This document shows, in pieces, positions 59,525-64,000 of a stretch of 64,000 nucleotides of DNA. Both the position numbers and the translations under genes were made by a program. Location of the stretch: positions 91,296-155,295 of the forward strand of contig JBPPMJ010000006.1 in the NCBI GenBank assembly GCA_051306005.1, in the 5' to 3' direction. This DNA comes from Minisyncoccota bacterium. Its GTDB lineage: Bacteria; Patescibacteriota; Minisyncoccia; Moranbacterales; UBA1568. The notes below the pieces were generated by a model, which made no database searches, had not been told where the DNA came from, and worked only from the letters and a program-made list of their open reading frames with translations. Each line of letters starts with the position of its first letter. Position 1 is the first letter of the stretch.

Positions 59525-60622
59525 TTACTTATTCTTTTCTATTGACTGCTTTTCCATTCTTCGGCGCATATCCTCTTCTTCTAGGGCCTGAATGATAGAT
59601 TCAAAATTGCCATTCAGAACGGAAGGAATATTGCTCCATGACATTTTGATACGATGATCGGTAATACGATCCTGCGGAAAATTGTAGGTACGGATTTTTT
59701 CACTGCGATCACCGGTACCAATTTGACTTTTGCGTGCGTCACTCATTTCTTTGATGTGTTGTTCCTCCTGTAATTGATAGAGGCGGGAACGTAAAACCTT
59801 GAGTGCCTTTTCTTTGTTCTTGAGTTGAGATTTTTCATCTTGGCAGGATACTACGAGGCCACTCGGTATATGAGTGATGCGGACGGCACTATATGTTGTA
59901 TTGACGGATTGTCCGCCAGGACCAGATGAACAAAACGTATCAATACGGAGATCATTTGGATTGATGGTGATTTCTACTTCTTCTACTTGGGGCAAGACGA
60001 CAACAGTTGCGGTGGATGTATGAATGCGTCCTGCCTTTTCAGTTTCTGGCACACGTTGAACACGATGTACGCCAGATTCATATTTCATTTTTTGATATAC
60101 AGGCACATCACTATTGCCTTGGTTTATTTCAAACACCACTTCCTTAAATCCACCGACTTCTGTTTGATTGGAATGAAGCATGACAACTTTCCACCCATGT
60201 TGTTCTGCATAGTGCGTATACATACGAAACAGTTCAGTTGCAAAAAGACTGGATTCGTCGCCACCGGCACCACCACGAATTTCTACAATGACATCCTTAC
60301 GGTCGCTCGGATCTTTTGGTAAGAGCAAATGTTTCAAGGTTATTTCGATTGCATTTTTTTCTTTCGCAAGAGTGACATTTTCTTCCATGGCCAGAGATTG
60401 CAATTCAGGGTCGATAGTGTCACTTTGCATCATTTCGGCATTGTCTCGCATATTTTTCTCTAAAGTACGCAAATGCGCAATATGGCTCATCAATACATCA
60501 ATTTCGGCATTACGTTTACCAAGGATGATAAACTGTTTTGGATTTTTGGCTATTTGTGGATCGCTCAAAAGAGCATTGATTTCTGCTTTTTCGCGTTCAA
60601 TATCCTGGAAAATGTCTTGCAT
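59525..60622 (-). CDS. prfA: Peptide chain release factor 1
   Basis: [14 protein letters not shown] (PxT), [19 protein letters not shown]. Confidence 0.98.
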   Translation of the reverse strand: MQDIFQDIEREKAEINALLSDPQIAKNPKQFIILGKRNAEIDVLMSHIAHLRTLEKNMRDNAEMMQSDTIDPELQSLAMEENVTLAKEKNAIEITLKHLLLPKDPSDRKDVIVEIRGGAGGDESSLFATELFRMYTHYAEQHGWKVVMLHSNQTEVGGFKEVVFEINQGNSDVPVYQKMKYESGVHRVQRVPETEKAGRIHTSTATVVVLPQVEEVEITINPNDLRIDTFCSSGPGGQSVNTTYSAVRITHIPSGLVVSCQDEKSQLKNKEKALKVLRSRLYQLQEEQHIKEMSDARKSQIGTGDRSEKIRTYNFPQDRITDHRIKMSWSNIPSVLNGNFESIIQALEEEDMRRRMEKQSIEKNK

Positions 60623-60775
60623 AGTTGTGAGAAGCGAGAAGTGAGGGACTTGAAATATATTGACAAAAACCCCCCGATTGGAAGAGGCGGGATTGAAAGA
60701 TGTTTTTCGGAAAGGGGATAAATAGAATGGATGGAGAGTATGCGATACGGAGAAAACACCTTTATCACACCATCG

Positions 60776-61069
60776 CTAAGAAATAGGCACTTCCTGTTCT
60801 TGAGTTTGAGGGACATTTTTGGTTTTTTTGGTACGGGAAACCTTGAGCCGTGCCACTTGTTTCGCCGAAGCTTTTTCGGTTAGTTTCTTGAAACGATCAA
60901 CGCGTCCGGTTGTATCAATAATCTTTTTTTTGCCGGTATAGAATGGGTGACACTGGGAACAAATTTCCGTATGCATGGTTTCAACCGTAGAGCCCGTCGA
61001 AAGTACTGCGCCACAGGAGCAGGTAATGGTTGCTGTATTGAAATAGGTTGGATGGATACCTGGTTTCAT
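60776..61069 (-). CDS. rpmE: 50S ribosomal protein L31 (Zn type) with C-terminal extension
   Basis: MKPGIHP, CSCG, CSQCHPFYTG, GRVDRF. Confidence 0.97.
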   Translation of the reverse strand: MKPGIHPTYFNTATITCSCGAVLSTGSTVETMHTEICSQCHPFYTGKKKIIDTTGRVDRFKKLTEKASAKQVARLKVSRTKKTKNVPQTQEQEVPIS

Positions 61070-61197
61070 AAAAATAAATAGACAAAAATAACGTAGCGAT
61101 AGTCTAGCATGAGATGATTAATTTTGCAAGATATTTGATATCCCATGATAAAAGCATGCTACTGATGGCGAATGAAAAATACAAAAAATTGCGTCAC

Positions 61198-61226
61198 TTG
61201 CCAAAACTCAGTTCTTTTGCTAAAAT
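61198..61226 (+). promoter_or_regulatory. Promoter of rpsB-tsf
   Basis: TTGCCA-17 nt-TAAAAT with TG extension. Confidence 0.7.
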
Positions 61227-61383
61227 CTCTGCACACCTTATCCAGACTTTTTTAGAATCATACAAAGAAGGCATGGGGGATCATACATATTTTCCTGGTA
61301 AGCCTGTTCCTGGCCTGTGAAAACAGCGCATTCAGGGCTTTTATAAGGGAAAATAGAAGATAATTTTTTGAAGGAAGAATATT

Positions 61384-62205
61384 ATGTCAGAAGAAGTTAT
61401 TGAAAGTGAGACGCAGACAGCAACGGCATCAGTGAAGCATTTAATAGGAAGCGGGGATTATTTTGCCGATTTTGACTTCTCAACACTCGATACGAGTCTT
61501 GAAGGTTTGTTGAAAGCGGGGGTGCACTTCGGGCATATCAAATCTCGCCGTCATCCGAAAATGGATGAGTATATTTATACGACACGCAAGAATGTGAATA
61601 TTTTTGATCTTTCAAAAACATCTCAGAAACTTGATGAAGCCTCAGCTTTTTTAGCCAGTGTTATCAAGGTAGGTAAGCCAGTATTGTTTGTAGGAATGAA
61701 AAAGCAGACACAGGACACGGTACGCTCTCTGGCGAATCGTCTTGGTGAGTCATATGTGATTGATCGTTGGCTCGGCGGAACACTCACCAACTTTTCTTGC
61801 ATCCGTTCTCGTGCGCGTTATTTGAATGAGACAAATGAAAAAATGAAACAAGGTGAGTTCAAGAAATATACGAAATTTGAACAAGCAAAGAAGAAAGAAG
61901 AAATTGACAGACTAGAAAAAAAGGTAGGAGGTATCAAGCATATGGAACAGTTACCTGGTGCCATTGTTATTGCTGATGTCAAAGAGGCGAGTTTGGTCAT
62001 TCATGAAGCTCAAAAAATGAACATCCCGATCATCGGTATTACGGATACGAATACCGATCCGCGTTTTGTGGATTATCCCATTCCAGGAAACGATGATGCA
62101 TTGTCAGCATTGCGCTTATTGTTGGGCGCATTGGGTAAAACGATTTTGGCTACACAAGTGAACAAGAAAAATGTGGCGGAAGCAGTAAAAGAAACAGTTA
62201 AATAA
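61384..62205 (+). CDS. rpsB: 30S ribosomal protein S2 with N-terminal extension
   Basis: LLKAGVHFGH, RWLGGTLTNF, DTNTDP, IPGNDD. Confidence 0.98.
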   Translation: MSEEVIESETQTATASVKHLIGSGDYFADFDFSTLDTSLEGLLKAGVHFGHIKSRRHPKMDEYIYTTRKNVNIFDLSKTSQKLDEASAFLASVIKVGKPVLFVGMKKQTQDTVRSLANRLGESYVIDRWLGGTLTNFSCIRSRARYLNETNEKMKQGEFKKYTKFEQAKKKEEIDRLEKKVGGIKHMEQLPGAIVIADVKEASLVIHEAQKMNIPIIGITDTNTDPRFVDYPIPGNDDALSALRLLLGALGKTILATQVNKKNVAEAVKETVK

Positions 62206-62288
62206 AGTAATGTTTTGGCACTGGCGGGCATTATCAGCCCTGTAGATATGGCTGATATGCACGTTGAGTGGCGTGACAAAAGAATCAT

Positions 62289-62876
62289 ATGAGTACCATG
62301 GAACAGATTAAGGCATTGCGAGAAAAAACAGGTGCGGGTATCGTGGATGTTAAAAAAGCCTTTGATGAGGCGAATGGCGATGAAATCAAGGCTTTAGAAC
62401 TTATTCGCAAACGCGGTCAGGATAGAGCACTGAAAAAAAACGATCGTGTTGCCAATGAGGGTATTGTCATTGCTTATGTTCATTCTAATAATCGTGTTGG
62501 TGCGCTTGTACAACTTTTCTGTGAAACGGACTTTGTTGCACGGAATGAAGAATTCCAAACATTGGGTCGTGATATCGCGATGCATATTGTCGCTATGGCT
62601 CCACTTTATATTAAACCAGAAGAGGTATCTGGCACGGATTTAGTGAAAAAAGAACGCGATATTTGGCGTGAGCAACTTATAACTGAAGGAAAAACAGGGG
62701 AGATGTTGGAAAAAATTCTCTCAGGAAAAACGGAGAAGTTTTGCCGCGACAACGCTTTGTTGACCCAGACATTTGTCAAAGATACAAGTAAAACCATTGC
62801 GGAATTGATAAGTGAACAAGTACACAAAATGGGCGAGAATATCTACGTCGGGCATTTTGTGCGTTATGAGATGTAA
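62289..62876 (+). CDS. tsf: Elongation factor Ts (short form)
   Basis: LREKTGAG, CETDFVARN, AMHIVA, GENI. Confidence 0.97.
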   Translation: MSTMEQIKALREKTGAGIVDVKKAFDEANGDEIKALELIRKRGQDRALKKNDRVANEGIVIAYVHSNNRVGALVQLFCETDFVARNEEFQTLGRDIAMHIVAMAPLYIKPEEVSGTDLVKKERDIWREQLITEGKTGEMLEKILSGKTEKFCRDNALLTQTFVKDTSKTIAELISEQVHKMGENIYVGHFVRYEM

Positions 62877-62932
62877 AGTGCGTGCGTGGGAGAGAAGAGT
62901 TAATTCGGAGTATCATGATTTTCTAAAGATGC

Positions 62933-63721
62933 ATGTGGTACCTCATTATTCCGCCAATCATCGTTGTTTTTAGTCTCGCTTTCGTCTTGTGGTATCTTTC
63001 TCGCAAAAGTAGCGATCCTTTTGTAGTGGCTAAAACTGTTCAGAAAACCAATGATGCTACTCAGCTGGCAGTGTCATTCCGTGTGCGTAATTTCTTGTTG
63101 TATGTATTGGAAAAAATGATGTATCGTTTCAAGGTATTGTCGCTTCGTATGCATAATGTCTTGAATGTTTGGATACAGTCGTTGAAAACGAAGCGTGGCA
63201 ATACTCTTTCCGTAGAGAAAGAAGTATTATCGCAGGATACCAATGAGGCAGTGTCATTTCGTACAGTACATTTTGAATCACAAAAGAACAATGAGCATAT
63301 AACTGAAACATCGGATACGTTTAATGCGCAGAGTGTTAGGTCAGAGGCGATGTTACGACAGCGTGAGAAGTCAAATCTGCCTGCATATTTTTCTGGACAG
63401 ACCCTCTCACGTTCCAAGAAACATCAGGGGAGGGAGAATGAATCTACCATCCGTCCAATGATCAGTGAAAAAGTGACTCATCCGGAAATATCCCTCACAC
63501 AACAACGTGTATCCAAGCAACATTTACAGGAAGATGATCTGATTGCACGCATTGCTATCAATCCCAAAGATTTGACGGCGTATGAGAGTTTAGGTGATTA
63601 TTATTTTGAGCAGGGCAATATTAAGGACGCCAAAGAATGTTACCGTCAAGTTTTAAAACTTTCCCCAGTGCATCGCGTTGTCAAAATAAAAATACGTCGC
63701 ATCGAGAGATTATTGTCATAA
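62933..63721 (+). CDS. Membrane-anchored TPR-containing protein
   Basis: N-terminal TM; C-terminal AYESLGDYYFEQGNIKDAKECYRQVLKLSP TPR. Confidence 0.8.
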   Translation: MWYLIIPPIIVVFSLAFVLWYLSRKSSDPFVVAKTVQKTNDATQLAVSFRVRNFLLYVLEKMMYRFKVLSLRMHNVLNVWIQSLKTKRGNTLSVEKEVLSQDTNEAVSFRTVHFESQKNNEHITETSDTFNAQSVRSEAMLRQREKSNLPAYFSGQTLSRSKKHQGRENESTIRPMISEKVTHPEISLTQQRVSKQHLQEDDLIARIAINPKDLTAYESLGDYYFEQGNIKDAKECYRQVLKLSPVHRVVKIKIRRIERLLS

Positions 63722-63750
63722 ACAATAGGCGTTTGTATTGTAATATATAA

Positions 63751-63826
63751 GCCACCCTAGCTCAGTTGGTAGAGCAACGGTTTTGTAAACCGTGGGTCGT
63801 CGGTTCGAGTCCGACGGGTGGCTCCA
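63751..63826 (+). tRNA. tRNA-Thr(TGT)
   Basis: GCCACCC/GGGTGGC acceptor, anticodon stem acggt-ttTGTaa-accgt, GGTTCGAGTCC, encoded CCA. Confidence 0.98.
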
Positions 63827-63906
63827 GAAGAACATCAAAAGAAGCAAGTACACGATTTGTTTTTTTTTCATATTTCCATTATACTGTTTTGGTTAGTGAA
63901 AGAAAT

Positions 63907-63989
63907 GGGTAGGTGGTGGAGTGGTCTATCACAGCTGACTGTAAATCAGCCGACTTCGGTCTTCGGGGGTTCGAATCCCTCCCTGCCCA
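63907..63989 (+). tRNA. tRNA-Tyr(GTA)
   Basis: GGGTAGG/CCTGCCC acceptor, gctga-ctGTAaa-tcagc, long variable arm, GGTTCGAATCC; CCA not encoded. Confidence 0.97.
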
Positions 63990-64000
63990 CAAAAATCAAC

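Noticed and set aside
61114-61320. 68-aa ORF upstream of rpsB
   Set aside because: Overlaps the rpsB promoter and leader; no coding features
506-63417. Numerous antisense and out-of-frame ORFs overlapping recognised genes (e.g. 8935-9549, 10808-11368, 49432-49950)
   Set aside because: Shadows of conserved housekeeping genes with no recognisable motifs
1-64000. Alternative genetic code (TGA=Gly, as in Gracilibacteria/SR1)
   Set aside because: nrdR, rplP, gap and others end at TGA at their expected lengths
1-64000. CRISPR array, IS element, prophage or integrase
   Set aside because: No spaced direct repeats, transposase, phage or integrase motifs seen, including beside the tRNAs

Overview
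Core-genome window of a small-genome bacterium. The features point to Patescibacteria/CPR (Parcubacteria-like; inference): rpmD/L30 absent between rpsE and rplO, split ComEC, extended r-proteins, short EF-Ts, NLPY-type PrmC and AT-rich SD-poor starts. TGA acts as a stop, so genetic code 11. Order: 3' end of ftsA, ftsZ, nrdR, split comEC, ndk, rpmB (missed by the ORF track), site-2 protease, str and S10/spc clusters to secY-adk-map, ruvX, GT2, galT-tpiA-fba-gap, D-aminoacylase homolog, murD, trxB-like, murA, mreB, two GT4, holB, ftsQ-like, two GT-C (PMT/ArnT-like). Then a four-gene module ending in a membrane-anchored VirD4/TraD/HerA-like ATPase, a putative membrane pseudo-phosphatase/beta-propeller protein divergent from a wHTH-nucleotidyltransferase-like gene, rmuC, wecA-like, DUF192, a LysM-like membrane protein, an unannotated 50-aa Lys-rich histone-H1-like gene, prmC-prfA-rpmE, rpsB-tsf, a TPR protein, tRNA-Thr and tRNA-Tyr. 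No CRISPR, IS or prophage seen. Top leads: the ATPase module (44.9-50.6 kb), the 50-aa basic protein with a perfect SD, an intact D-aminoacylase lacking 4 of 6 catalytic residues, a TATG start-context rule, a rod-like RNA at 41.1 kb and a GC-rich mosaic segment in a GT-C gene. All family calls are from motif recognition by eye; no searches were run.
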